64,000 nt of DNA from Alphaproteobacteria bacterium (GTDB taxonomy: Bacteria; Pseudomonadota; Alphaproteobacteria; Micavibrionales; Micavibrionaceae): the NCBI GenBank assembly GCA_016757515.1, contig JAERIN010000005.1, forward strand, positions 3,325 through 67,324. Direction: 5' to 3'. The translations under genes and the position numbers were made by a program. Shown here piece by piece: positions 39,248 to 48,129 of this stretch. Under the pieces are notes generated by a model that did no database searches, was not told the DNA's origin, and worked only from the letters and a program-made list of their open reading frames with translations. Every line of letters starts with the position of its first letter. The first letter of the stretch is position 1.

Positions 39248-40300
39248 ATGGAGAAGGTCACACTGCAGAGCTTGAGCCGGTTGTCCCAGGGCATGGTGTG
39301 GCAGTTCTGGGTCGTGGCCGGGGGCCTGGCGGCCGCGCAGTGCGCCCGTCTTGGGTGGCCCTTTGAGCTGGCCAGCCATTTCCTGGGCCACGCCCTCATC
39401 GCCCTGGCGGCCCTGGCGCCCGCCCTCCTCATCGCCGGGCGCTGGCGGTACGCCGTGGCCGCCCTGGGCCTGGCCATCCTTGTCCTGGTTCAGATGCGCA
39501 CGCCCCTTGAGGACCCCTGGCGCTTTGGCCCCCTGGCGGGGGCGCCCTTCGTGCGCGTGGTGCAGTACAACACCGCCACGCAGACCAAAAACGAGGCCCA
39601 GGTGGAGCCGTGGCTCCGAACCCACTGCACGGAGCACGACGTCGTGGTGATCCAGGAGGCCACCGCCCGCACCGTGGACATGGCCGAGTCCTTGCGCGCC
39701 GACTGCTACCCACACCAAGTGCAAGCGCCCCGGCCTCATGCCTTCGGGATGGTCGTGTTGTCCCGTCATCCGCTTACGGAGATACAGGAAATCCCAATCT
39801 CAGGCCCGCGCTTTGACACCTTCATGCTGCGCGTACAAGTGACTCTGCCTGGCGAGCCTCTAACCTTGTATTCAGGTTATAAAGCGTCTCAACCTGACCG
39901 TCAGGTGACTTTACCCAGCGAACCCCTGACCCTGTATGCCCTGCATACTGTTCCCCCAATGGGCCGCAGCCTTCAGGCCCAGCGCGATGCGGAGTTGGCT
40001 GCCGCGGCCCGCACAATTGCTGCGGACGCAGCACCCCGCACGGTTTTTGTGGGAGACTGGAACACAACGCCCTACAGCCCGGCCTTCTGGGACCTCCTGT
40101 CGGCCTCCGGCCTGCTCCACCAGGCCGGAGGGATTCTCCAAAACCCAACCTGGCCAGCGTGGCTACCGCACTTCATGCACCTGCCCATTGACCACGTGCT
40201 GCACAGCCCAGACCTCGTGATCCTGGAGCGCACGGTCGGGCCCGCCCTGGGCTCCGACCACCACGCCCTTATCGTCACCCTCGGCCTGAAGGAGACCTGA
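39248..40300 (+). CDS. Membrane-anchored endonuclease/exonuclease/phosphatase (EEP) family protein
   Basis: N-terminal TM helices. VVVIQEAT, MVVLSRHPL, YALHTVPP, FVGDWNTTPYSP, DHVLHS, GSDHHALIVTL. 4-nt gap after flgA and 3-nt gap before flgH. Confidence 0.8.
   Translation: MEKVTLQSLSRLSQGMVWQFWVVAGGLAAAQCARLGWPFELASHFLGHALIALAALAPALLIAGRWRYAVAALGLAILVLVQMRTPLEDPWRFGPLAGAPFVRVVQYNTATQTKNEAQVEPWLRTHCTEHDVVVIQEATARTVDMAESLRADCYPHQVQAPRPHAFGMVVLSRHPLTEIQEIPISGPRFDTFMLRVQVTLPGEPLTLYSGYKASQPDRQVTLPSEPLTLYALHTVPPMGRSLQAQRDAELAAAARTIAADAAPRTVFVGDWNTTPYSPAFWDLLSASGLLHQAGGILQNPTWPAWLPHFMHLPIDHVLHSPDLVILERTVGPALGSDHHALIVTLGLKET
39836..39937. repeat. 66-bp-period in-frame partial duplication inside the EEP gene
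   Basis: CAAGTGACTCTGCCTGGCGAGCCTCTAACCTTGTAT (39836-71) against CAGGTGACTTTACCCAGCGAACCCCTGACCCTGTAT (39902-37). They encode QVTLPGEPLTLY and QVTLPSEPLTLY. Confidence 0.8.
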
Positions 40301-40303
40301 CCC

Positions 40304-41041
40304 ATGCGTGCGCTGCTTATCCTTCCCCTGGTCCTGGCCCTTGTCGCCTGCACCTCCACGGCGGAGAAGATCAAGAATATCGGCAAGCCCCCGCCCATAA
40401 CGCCCATAGAAAACCCGGTCCAGCGTCCGAACTACCGCCCTGTCACCATGCCCATGCCCACGCCGTCCTATGCGGCCCGGGAGAAAAACTCCCTGTGGGC
40501 CTCGGGGCGCTCTACCTTTTTCAAAGACCAAAGGGCGAGCAACGTGGGGGACATTCTGACCGTCCTGATAGACATCAAGGATGAAGCCACGCTGGACAAC
40601 AAAACCGAGCGCACCCGCACAAGCGACGACAACGCAGGCTTTGAGAGTTTTTTGGGCTTAGAGACCCAGGTGGGGAAGGTCCTGCCAGATGCGGTGGACC
40701 CGGCCAGCCTCATCGGCTTCGGCTCCACCAGCACCACAGCGGGGGACGGCTCCGTGGAGCGGGAGGAGGACATAAAGCTAAAAATGGCGGCGCTCATCAC
40801 ACAAATCTTGCCCAACGGGAACATGGTTATCCACGGACGGCAGGAGGTTCTTGTGAACTTTGAGAAGCGCGTCCTGGAGATCGACGGGGTCATCCGGCCC
40901 GAGGACATCTCCACCGGAAACACCATTTCTTACGAGCAAATCGCCGAGGCCCGCATTGTCTATGGCGGCCAGGGGCACATCACCGACATCCAGCAGCCTC
41001 GCTATGGCCAGCAGCTCTATGACATTGTTTTTCCGTTTTGA
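40304..41041 (+). CDS. flgH: Flagellar L-ring lipoprotein FlgH
   Basis: Lipobox LALVAC. SLW....STFFKDQRASNVGDILTVLI...ITQILPNGNMVIHGRQEV.VN.E...L...GVIRPEDI...NTISYEQIAEARI.YGG.G. Confidence 0.95.
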   Translation: MRALLILPLVLALVACTSTAEKIKNIGKPPPITPIENPVQRPNYRPVTMPMPTPSYAAREKNSLWASGRSTFFKDQRASNVGDILTVLIDIKDEATLDNKTERTRTSDDNAGFESFLGLETQVGKVLPDAVDPASLIGFGSTSTTAGDGSVEREEDIKLKMAALITQILPNGNMVIHGRQEVLVNFEKRVLEIDGVIRPEDISTGNTISYEQIAEARIVYGGQGHITDIQQPRYGQQLYDIVFPF

Positions 41042-41121
41042 CCCGGGGGTGCCCTTGCGTTCGGCTCCAGATAAGTCTACTGTGTGTCTTAACGACAAAT
41101 CATCCTGTGTATGTTTGCATA

Positions 41122-41160
41122 GGGTGGGCTTCGGGTGACCGGGGCCCGCCCTTTTTGTTT
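41122..41160 (+). terminator. GC-rich hairpin plus T-run: flgH terminator and/or leader attenuator of the rimP-nusA operon
   Basis: GGGTGGGC (41122-29) pairs with GCCCGCCC (41144-51; 8 bp including one G-U pair), followed by TTTTTGTTT. It ends 5 nt before the rimP ATG. Confidence 0.4.
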
Positions 41161-41164
41161 GGCC

Positions 41165-41653
41165 ATGAAGACAACGCCCTTGGAGGAAAACATCGCAGCG
41201 CTTGCCAGGCCAGTCGTGGCCGAGGCTGGGCGCGCCCTGGTGGCCGTGCGGGTGGGGTCTGGTGTGGCGCAGATCCTGGCTGAGGATCCGGTCACGCGCA
41301 ACCTGGGCATAGAGGACTGCGCCGCGCTGCACCGGGCCCTGGCCCCGGTCCTGGCTGCCGCGAGGGTGAATGTGCGCTTGGAGGTCTCTTCCCCCGGTGC
41401 GGACCGGCCCCTAACCAAGGCCCAGGATTTTGTGGATTTCGCCGGTCGTGAGGCGAAGATAGAGTTGGACGCGCTGGATAAAGAGGGGCAAAAACGCTTC
41501 CGCGGTGTTCTGGCGGGCCTGACAGAGGACGGCACCGCGATGCGCCTGGAGATAGAGGGCTGGAAGGCCGACATTCCGCTCACCGCCATTGCCAGAGCGA
41601 AATTGGTGGCAAATGCCGGAGCAGCCCCCCACAAGACAAAGGAAAAGGTATGA
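41165..41653 (+). CDS. rimP: Ribosome maturation factor RimP
   Basis: LEVSSPGADRPLTKAQDFVDFAGREAKIEL and its position upstream of nusA. Start trimmed to MKTTPLEEN. Confidence 0.85.
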   Translation: MKTTPLEENIAALARPVVAEAGRALVAVRVGSGVAQILAEDPVTRNLGIEDCAALHRALAPVLAAARVNVRLEVSSPGADRPLTKAQDFVDFAGREAKIELDALDKEGQKRFRGVLAGLTEDGTAMRLEIEGWKADIPLTAIARAKLVANAGAAPHKTKEKV

Positions 41654-42438
41654 GATCCTTCACGTACTACAAGGAGTGGCTGCGCGGTACGTGGCGAGAC
41701 CCTGCGCAGCACTTCCAAAAGCGCAAGGCCAGGACATGCCCCTGCTGCGGGTATCGCGGTCTGTTTGTCTCAGCAAAGCGCCGCAGCGTGCGGGAGTTTC
41801 GTTGTCCCAACTGCGCCTCTCGCCCACGCGACCGGCAGATAGCCCTCATGCTTGACGTTCTCGACCTCGATCTTGGGGCCCTGCGCATCATGCACTTCGC
41901 CCCGGAGTGGTGGCTTTTTAAGCGCCTGCGCTCCAACCCGCGCTATGTCGGGGGGGACATCCTCAAGCGGCCCAACGCCAACGCGATCGTAGACATAACA
42001 GACATCCGCTTCCCGGACAAAAGCTTCGATCTGATCGTGTGCAATCACGTTCTCGAGCATGTCCCCGATGACATGCGGGCGCTCAAAGAATGCGCGCGCG
42101 TCTTAGACGCAAACGGTCTGGCGATCTTTACAATCCCCGTGCCAGACAACCGCCTTGAGAGCTGGGACCCTCCAGAGGGTATGCCAAAAGATCAGGTGGA
42201 GGAAATTTGCGGTTGGGACCATAAGCGCATTTACGGGCTTGATGTTGTAAACCGGTTCATGGCCGCGGGTTTTGAGGTAGGCGTGGCCTGGTTCACTGCG
42301 GAGCAGGAAGAGTCCCATCGTTTTTTTAAGGAGCCCGTTTTCCTTCTTGCGCACGACGCGAAAGAACTGGACCGCTGGTCCAATTCCGCGGTCTTTACGC
42401 TTGCAAGAAAGAGGGAAGACCTTCTGAATACCCACTAG
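41650..42438 (+). CDS. Zinc-ribbon plus class I SAM-dependent methyltransferase-like protein
   Basis: CPCCGYRG...CPNCASRPRDR. IMHFAPEWWLFKRL...DITDIRFPDKSFDLIVCNHVLEHVPDDMRALKECARVLDANGLAIFTIP. ATGA overlap with the rimP stop. GC lower than the flanks by eye. Confidence 0.7.
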   Translation: MRSFTYYKEWLRGTWRDPAQHFQKRKARTCPCCGYRGLFVSAKRRSVREFRCPNCASRPRDRQIALMLDVLDLDLGALRIMHFAPEWWLFKRLRSNPRYVGGDILKRPNANAIVDITDIRFPDKSFDLIVCNHVLEHVPDDMRALKECARVLDANGLAIFTIPVPDNRLESWDPPEGMPKDQVEEICGWDHKRIYGLDVVNRFMAAGFEVGVAWFTAEQEESHRFFKEPVFLLAHDAKELDRWSNSAVFTLARKREDLLNTH

Positions 42439-42463
42439 AATTGTAGAAAAAAGGAGACACACC

Positions 42464-44026
42464 ATGGAACTTCTGCAAAACATTGAAACCGGTGCGCGGG
42501 AGAAGGGTCTGGACCCCGCCATCTTCATCGCAGCGGCGGAGAAGGCTGTGGTCCGAGCCGCCAGGGCGAAGTATGGCCAAGACCACGACATCCGCGCGAC
42601 CCTGGACAGAAAAACGGGCCGGTTCGTATTGAAAAGATACCGGGAGGTCATGGCCGACCCGGCGGACATAGAAAACGATACGGCTCAGATCACAATAGAG
42701 CAGGCTCGGCGCATCAAGGGTGACGCCCAGGCGGGGGAGTTTATCGTGGACGACCTGCCGCCCATGGACTTTGGCCGTATCGCCGCAGGCGCGGCCAAGC
42801 AGACCATCATCCAAACAATCCGCGACGCAGAGCGCGCCAAGCAGTACGCAGAGTTCAAGGACCGCGTGGGCGAGATTGTCTCGGGCGTGGTCAAGCGCAT
42901 AGAGTATGGCAACGCCACGGTGGATATCGCGCAGGGCAAGGCGGAGGCACTGCTGCGCCGCGATGAAAACATCCCGCGTGAGTTCCTGAACATCGGCGAC
43001 CGCGTCCGCGCCGTCATCTACGACGTGCGGGAGGAGTTGCGCGGACCACAGATCTTCCTGTCCCGCACGCACCCGGAGTTCCTGGCCAAGCTGTTTATGC
43101 AGGAGGTTCCCGAAATCTACGACGGGATCATAGAGATCAAGGGCGTGGCCCGCGACCCTGGCAGTCGGGCCAAGATCGCGGTGCTTTCGCACGATTACGC
43201 CATTGACCCCGTTGGGGCCTGCGTGGGCATGCGCGGCTCCCGCGTGCAGGCAGTGGTTGGGGAGTTGGGTGGGGAAAAAATAGACATCATTCCCTGGACG
43301 CAGGACATCGCCACCTTCATCGTCCACGCCCTCCAACCCGCAGTGGTGACCAAGGTCGTCTTGGATGAACAAACCCGGCGCATGGACGTCGTCGTGCCCG
43401 AAGACCAGCTCTCCCTGGCCATCGGGCGGCGGGGGCAGAACGTGCGCCTGGCGTCCATGCTCTCGGGCTGGGACATTGATCTCATGACTGAGGCCGAGGA
43501 GAGCGAGCGCCGTCAGGCCGAGATGGCCCAGCGCTCTGCCCTGTTCATGGAGGCTCTGGACGTGGACGACGTCCTGGCGCAACTCCTTGTTGTGGAAGGT
43601 TTCACGAGTGTGGAGGACGTGGCTGAGACCACCCTGGCCGAGCTGTGCGGGATTGAGGGCTTTGACGAGGACATCGCCACAGAGCTGCAGAACCGCGCCG
43701 CCACATGGCTGGAGGCAAAGGCCAAGGAGCGCGCAGAGAAACGCGCGGCCCTGGGCCTGGCCGAGGACCTCATCGCCTTTGACGGGGGTCTCACGGAGGA
43801 CCAGATCATCCGCCTGGGCGAGCAGGGACTAAAGACCCTGGACGATCTCGCGGACCTCGCGGGGGACGAGTTGCGCGAGATGCTGCGCGAGGGCGAGGGG
43901 GAGGAGGCCCAGGACGTCCTGACTGGGGACGAGGCCAACGCCGTTATCATGGCCGCGCGGGCGCACTGGTTCCCCCCCGAGGAGGAAGACGCGGAGGCCG
44001 AGGCAGGCCCGGCGGAGCAGCAGTAG
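42464..44026 (+). CDS. nusA: Transcription termination/antitermination factor NusA
   Basis: GEIVSGVVKRIEYGNATVDI...LSRTHPEFLAKLFMQEVPEIYDGIIEIKGVARDPGSRAKIAV...DPVGACVGMRGSRVQAVVGELGGEKIDII. Confidence 0.96.
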   Translation: MELLQNIETGAREKGLDPAIFIAAAEKAVVRAARAKYGQDHDIRATLDRKTGRFVLKRYREVMADPADIENDTAQITIEQARRIKGDAQAGEFIVDDLPPMDFGRIAAGAAKQTIIQTIRDAERAKQYAEFKDRVGEIVSGVVKRIEYGNATVDIAQGKAEALLRRDENIPREFLNIGDRVRAVIYDVREELRGPQIFLSRTHPEFLAKLFMQEVPEIYDGIIEIKGVARDPGSRAKIAVLSHDYAIDPVGACVGMRGSRVQAVVGELGGEKIDIIPWTQDIATFIVHALQPAVVTKVVLDEQTRRMDVVVPEDQLSLAIGRRGQNVRLASMLSGWDIDLMTEAEESERRQAEMAQRSALFMEALDVDDVLAQLLVVEGFTSVEDVAETTLAELCGIEGFDEDIATELQNRAATWLEAKAKERAEKRAALGLAEDLIAFDGGLTEDQIIRLGEQGLKTLDDLADLAGDELREMLREGEGEEAQDVLTGDEANAVIMAARAHWFPPEEEDAEAEAGPAEQQ

Positions 44027-44077
44027 GGCCGGCGCGTCCGGGATGACAGGGGCCCAGCGCCTGCGCTATAAGGCCTC

Positions 44078-45292
44078 ATGGCCGTGACGCTTCGGGACAT
44101 CCAAGACGCTGCGCGCGCCCTGGAGGGGCAGGTCGTGTGCACGCCTGTGGTGCGGGCCAACCGCCTGTCCCTCCATCTGGGCGTTGACCTGTACCTAAAG
44201 CTGGAAAATCTCCAGCACACCAACGCCTTCAAGGCCCGTGGGGCCCTGAACAAGCTCTTGACCTTGAGCGCAGCGCAGCGCGCGGCGGGAGTTATCGCGT
44301 GCTCTGCAGGCAATCACGCCCAAGGCCTGGCCTTTCACGCGGCGCGCCTGGGCATACCCGCTGTCATCGTGATGCCCCGGCCCACCCCGTTCAACAAGGT
44401 CCAGCGCACGCAAGAGCTGGGGGCCCGCGTGGTCCTCCACGGCGCGGACTTTGACGAGTCCGTGGGCGAGGCCCACCGCTTGGCCGCTGCCGAGGGGCTG
44501 ACCTTCGTCCATCCGTTTGCTGACGCCGCCGTTGTGGCGGGCCAGGGGACCTTGGGCCTGGAGCTTATGGAGCAGCTGCCAGGGGTGCAGTCCGTGGTTG
44601 TCCCCGTGGGGGGCGGAGGCCTTATCGCCGGGGTTGCCACGGCGATCAAGGGCGTGAACCCGGCGGTAGAGGTTGTGGGCGCACAGGCAGAGTCCTACGC
44701 TGCGGCGAAGGCGTTCATGGACGGGGACGACGGGCCCGTGGCCGGGGGGGCGACCCTGGCCGAGGGGATCGCGGTCCGGGCCCCGGACGCGGGGAACCTG
44801 GAGGTTATCGCCCGCCTTGTGGACCGGGTGGAGTCAGCGGGGGAGGCCGCGATAGAGCGGGCGATTTTTGACCTGTTGTCGGCGGAAAAACTGGTGGCTG
44901 AGGGCGCAGCCGGGGCCGGGCTCGCCGTCATCGCACAAAACCCCAAAGCGTTCTGCGGGAAGCAAACGGCCCTCATCTTGTGCGGGGGGAACATAGACTC
45001 CCGCCTGCTGTCCACGCTCATCCTGCGGGGCATGGTCCGCGAGGGGCGCATCGCGCGCCTGACCTTCGCCATAGACGACACGCCGGGGCAGCTTGCGGGC
45101 ATATCGCGCCTTTTGGCCGAGGCGGGGGCGAATGTGATTGAGGTCATCCACCAGCGGATGATGCAGGCGGTGCCTCTGAAGCAGGCAGAGCTGGACATTG
45201 TGATAGAGGCCCGCGACCGCGACCATGTGCGGGAAATTGTGGCCGCTCTCCAAGTCTCCCGGTTTAAGGTGCGGGTGGAAGAGGGGGTCTAG
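44078..45292 (+). CDS. ilvA: Threonine ammonia-lyase (short form with one C-terminal ACT-like domain)
   Basis: LKLENLQHTNAFKARGALN (PLP lysine), SAGNHAQGLA, VPVGGGGLIAG. Confidence 0.85.
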   Translation: MAVTLRDIQDAARALEGQVVCTPVVRANRLSLHLGVDLYLKLENLQHTNAFKARGALNKLLTLSAAQRAAGVIACSAGNHAQGLAFHAARLGIPAVIVMPRPTPFNKVQRTQELGARVVLHGADFDESVGEAHRLAAAEGLTFVHPFADAAVVAGQGTLGLELMEQLPGVQSVVVPVGGGGLIAGVATAIKGVNPAVEVVGAQAESYAAAKAFMDGDDGPVAGGATLAEGIAVRAPDAGNLEVIARLVDRVESAGEAAIERAIFDLLSAEKLVAEGAAGAGLAVIAQNPKAFCGKQTALILCGGNIDSRLLSTLILRGMVREGRIARLTFAIDDTPGQLAGISRLLAEAGANVIEVIHQRMMQAVPLKQAELDIVIEARDRDHVREIVAALQVSRFKVRVEEGV

Positions 45293-45340
45293 GCAGCACG
45301 GCTTGCCCTGCCAGTAGGGGCGTTCGGCCTAAACCGACTT

Positions 45341-46687
45341 CTACGCCGCGATACCATCCATGAAGCGCCGGTGGACATGCCCGGGCGGGAGCCAGAGGCG
45401 CTCCATGGCTGGCATCCCGTGGACATAGCCCTGGATATGCCGGACGCCGTCGCGGGCCAGGGTTGCGGCCTCCTCAGCGGTCTCTGCCCCCTCGCCCACG
45501 GTTTCCACGGCTATGCCGTCTGCCAGTGTTTGTAGGGCCCGGATGAACAGGTGCCCTCCCTCCTCGCGCATACGGCGGACAAAGGACTGGTCAATCTTTA
45601 CGATATCCACCTGAAGGTTTTGAATCTGCGTGAAGGCCGTGTAGCCGGCCCCAAAGTCGTCCAAGGCCACACGGCAGCCCAGGTCCTTCAGGGTCCGCAC
45701 AAGCCGCTGCGTCTGCGCTGGGTCGCGCATCACCGCGCTTTCGGTGATCTCAACCACCAGGCGGCGCGCTACGTCGGGCCGGTCTCTGAGGGCCGACACC
45801 ACGCCCCGGATCCACGTCATGTCCGCGAGGGAATCGTGCGATACGTTTGCAGACAAGACGAGGTCCGGGAAGGCTGCCAGCTCTCGTATCACCATGGCGA
45901 TTGCGGCTTGGTCCAGCATCCGCACAAGGCCCAATTCCTCTACAGCGGGCATGAACTCCGCCGCCCGGTGTACGCGCCCGTTTTCTCCCACAAGGCGGAT
46001 GAGACACTCATGGAAGGACACCCGGCCCGTGCGGGAGTCCACGACCTTCTGAAAGGCCAGGCCCAGCCGACGGGATTTGAGGGCCCTGAGGAAGGCATCC
46101 CCGGTCGCGATCATGTGTCCATAGGCCTCAGTTTGCGCACGGGTGGCGGTGTAAGGGGCGAAGCGGCCCCGGCCCGCGTCTTTGGCTGTGCGGAGGGCAG
46201 ACTCTGCGCGGGAGAGCAAAAGGGCCTCATCCACTCCCTGCTCATGGGGGGCGCCACCGATGGACACGCTCACTCGCACCAGGCCCTTTCCCGCAGACAT
46301 GGGGGCGTCCTGGAAGCTGTTTAGGATGTGGGCCGCTATGGCGGGCATCTCGCTGGGGGGAGCACCAGGCACCACCACCGCAAACACGTCTCCCCCCACA
46401 CGCTGGACGGCAGCTGTGGAGCCTAAGAGGTGGCGTAGGCGCCGACCCGTCCCGGCGATGAGGTCGTCCGTCACGGCTGTTCCCAGGGTCTCGTTAAAAA
46501 ACCCCAGACGATCTATGCCCACGGCCAGGAGGTAGCCCCCGTTTTGCTCCTCTAGGGCACCAAAGAGGAGCTCTGACCCAAGACCGGGCCGTGCGCGCGG
46601 GGCCCAGGGAGAGCGGGCGGAAAGCGTTGGAGAGAGGGCAGTTGCCTGGGTGTCCATGGCCCGGGTGTCTTTGCTGTTGTGGTCCAT
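45341..46687 (-). CDS. Degenerate-GGDEF plus EAL domain protein (putative c-di-GMP phosphodiesterase)
   Basis: The GGDEF site reads RVGGDVFAVV. EAL-domain motifs FHECLIRL, EITES, DDFGAGYT, KIDQSF, GEGAETAEE. Alternative start at MDTQ (46657). Confidence 0.8.
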   Translation of the reverse strand: MDHNSKDTRAMDTQATALSPTLSARSPWAPRARPGLGSELLFGALEEQNGGYLLAVGIDRLGFFNETLGTAVTDDLIAGTGRRLRHLLGSTAAVQRVGGDVFAVVVPGAPPSEMPAIAAHILNSFQDAPMSAGKGLVRVSVSIGGAPHEQGVDEALLLSRAESALRTAKDAGRGRFAPYTATRAQTEAYGHMIATGDAFLRALKSRRLGLAFQKVVDSRTGRVSFHECLIRLVGENGRVHRAAEFMPAVEELGLVRMLDQAAIAMVIRELAAFPDLVLSANVSHDSLADMTWIRGVVSALRDRPDVARRLVVEITESAVMRDPAQTQRLVRTLKDLGCRVALDDFGAGYTAFTQIQNLQVDIVKIDQSFVRRMREEGGHLFIRALQTLADGIAVETVGEGAETAEEAATLARDGVRHIQGYVHGMPAMERLWLPPGHVHRRFMDGIAA

Positions 46688-46890
46688 ACTCTAACCCCTA
46701 GTTTATGACCCAAAGGTTTACGAACTCTAAAATTTGCGTCAAATCCGCGAAGATCCCCAAAAGACCGAGCCTTCACGAGCCTTCTTGGGTGGGCGAAGCC
46801 AGAGTTGTACTTTAATTTATGCCTTTTTGAAACAAGGTCCCGCAAGCCCAGGACAAAGGGCATACACAGAACGGGTTCCAAAACTTAAAG

Positions 46891-46919
46891 TTGCATTGCG
46901 GCGCGCCCTGATGTAGTCT
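46891..46919 (+). promoter_or_regulatory. Promoter candidate for the DUF2336 gene
   Basis: TTGCAT, 17-nt spacer, TAGTCT. The layout matches the rplK candidate (TTGCAT-N17-TAGGGT). Confidence 0.4.
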
Positions 46920-46946
46920 GGATTTTTTGGATCAGGGGGACAGCGC

Positions 46947-48125
46947 GTGGAGCACTCGACCTTCCAGAACATACCCAAGGATATGGCCCCGGTTCTGGCC
47001 CGCCTGAACGCGGCGTGCGCCTTGTATCGCGACTCCCGGGACCCGCTGGCCCGTGTGGATATCATGGTCCTTGTCAGTGATCTTATGACCTTGGAGCTGA
47101 CCGGGCAGGAGCGGGAGATGGTTGCCGACGTCCTCATCATCCTGACCAAGCAGGCAGCGGTAGACCTGCGCCGCGCAATCGCAGAGCGCCTCTCGGCCTT
47201 AGACGGGGTCCCCGTGCGCTTGGTCATGCAGATGGCCAACGATGAGATCGCCGTCGCCAGGCCCGTCTTGCGGGACAGTCCGGTCCTGGGGGATGTACAA
47301 CTCATAGACATAATATCTAACAAGGGTCCTGGGCACTGGGAAACCATCGCCTCTCGCCGGGGCCTCTCAGAGGTCATCATCAACCGCCTGGCGGACACAC
47401 GGGATTATGGAACTGCAACGGTCCTAGCCGAGAACATCACCATAACTCTGCCCGCGCATGCCATCAGCGTCTTGGCCGAAATGGCCAAGGGTTCAGAGAC
47501 TTTGGCCCAGCCCCTTTTGCGGCGGAGTGAAATCCCGGACACCGTGGCATCCCAGCTTTACCGTCACGTCGGCGCGACACTCAAGAAGTTCATCTTGCGA
47601 AACTACGAGGTGGACACGCAGGACCTTTTGGACACGCTAGATGACGTTGTTTTGGAGTTTGTGGACAGCGCGCAAGAGGCCGAGTCTCGGTCTGCGTCCG
47701 GCGAGGCCCAGACCACAGAACACAGAGTTTTGCCCACCCAGGCCATGATCCGCGCGGCGTCGGAGTTCAGGCAAAAAGGCCTTTTGACAGTCCAGCTGAT
47801 GCTCTCCACCCTTCGGCGCGGTCAGAATCCCTCCTTTGTGGCCCAGATGTCCACATACTGCGGTTTGGAGCCGCCGGTGGTGAGCGAAGTCCTGCACCAA
47901 AAGAAGGCGCGGGCCCTGGCCATCGTCTGCCGCGCAGCCGGAGTCGGGCGGACAGACTTTCTGTCTTTTTATCTTTTGACCAACACAGTCCGGAGCCTGG
48001 GGCAACTCGCAAACCTTCAGGACATGGCCACCGCCGTTGGAGTCTATGACCGCACCAGCTCGGAACTCGCCCGGCAGATCATGGCCCAGAGCCTGGACAG
48101 ACTCCTGGCCGAGGGGGTAGGATAG
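46947..48125 (+). CDS. DUF2336-like protein
   Basis: GTG start. LTGQEREMVADVLIILTKQAAVDLRRAIAERLSALDGVPVRLVMQMANDEIAVARPVLRDSPVLGDVQLIDII fits my recollection of the alphaproteobacterial DUF2336 repeat pattern. Confidence 0.5.
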   Translation: MEHSTFQNIPKDMAPVLARLNAACALYRDSRDPLARVDIMVLVSDLMTLELTGQEREMVADVLIILTKQAAVDLRRAIAERLSALDGVPVRLVMQMANDEIAVARPVLRDSPVLGDVQLIDIISNKGPGHWETIASRRGLSEVIINRLADTRDYGTATVLAENITITLPAHAISVLAEMAKGSETLAQPLLRRSEIPDTVASQLYRHVGATLKKFILRNYEVDTQDLLDTLDDVVLEFVDSAQEAESRSASGEAQTTEHRVLPTQAMIRAASEFRQKGLLTVQLMLSTLRRGQNPSFVAQMSTYCGLEPPVVSEVLHQKKARALAIVCRAAGVGRTDFLSFYLLTNTVRSLGQLANLQDMATAVGVYDRTSSELARQIMAQSLDRLLAEGVG

Positions 48126-48129
48126 GCCC

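Noticed and set aside
42395-43582. 395-aa minus-strand ORF
   Set aside because: It is antisense to nusA.
45293-45340. Bidirectional terminator between the convergent ilvA-like and EAL genes
   Set aside because: There is only a 5-bp stem (GGCAG/CTGCC) with an 11-nt loop and no T-run, which is too weak to call.
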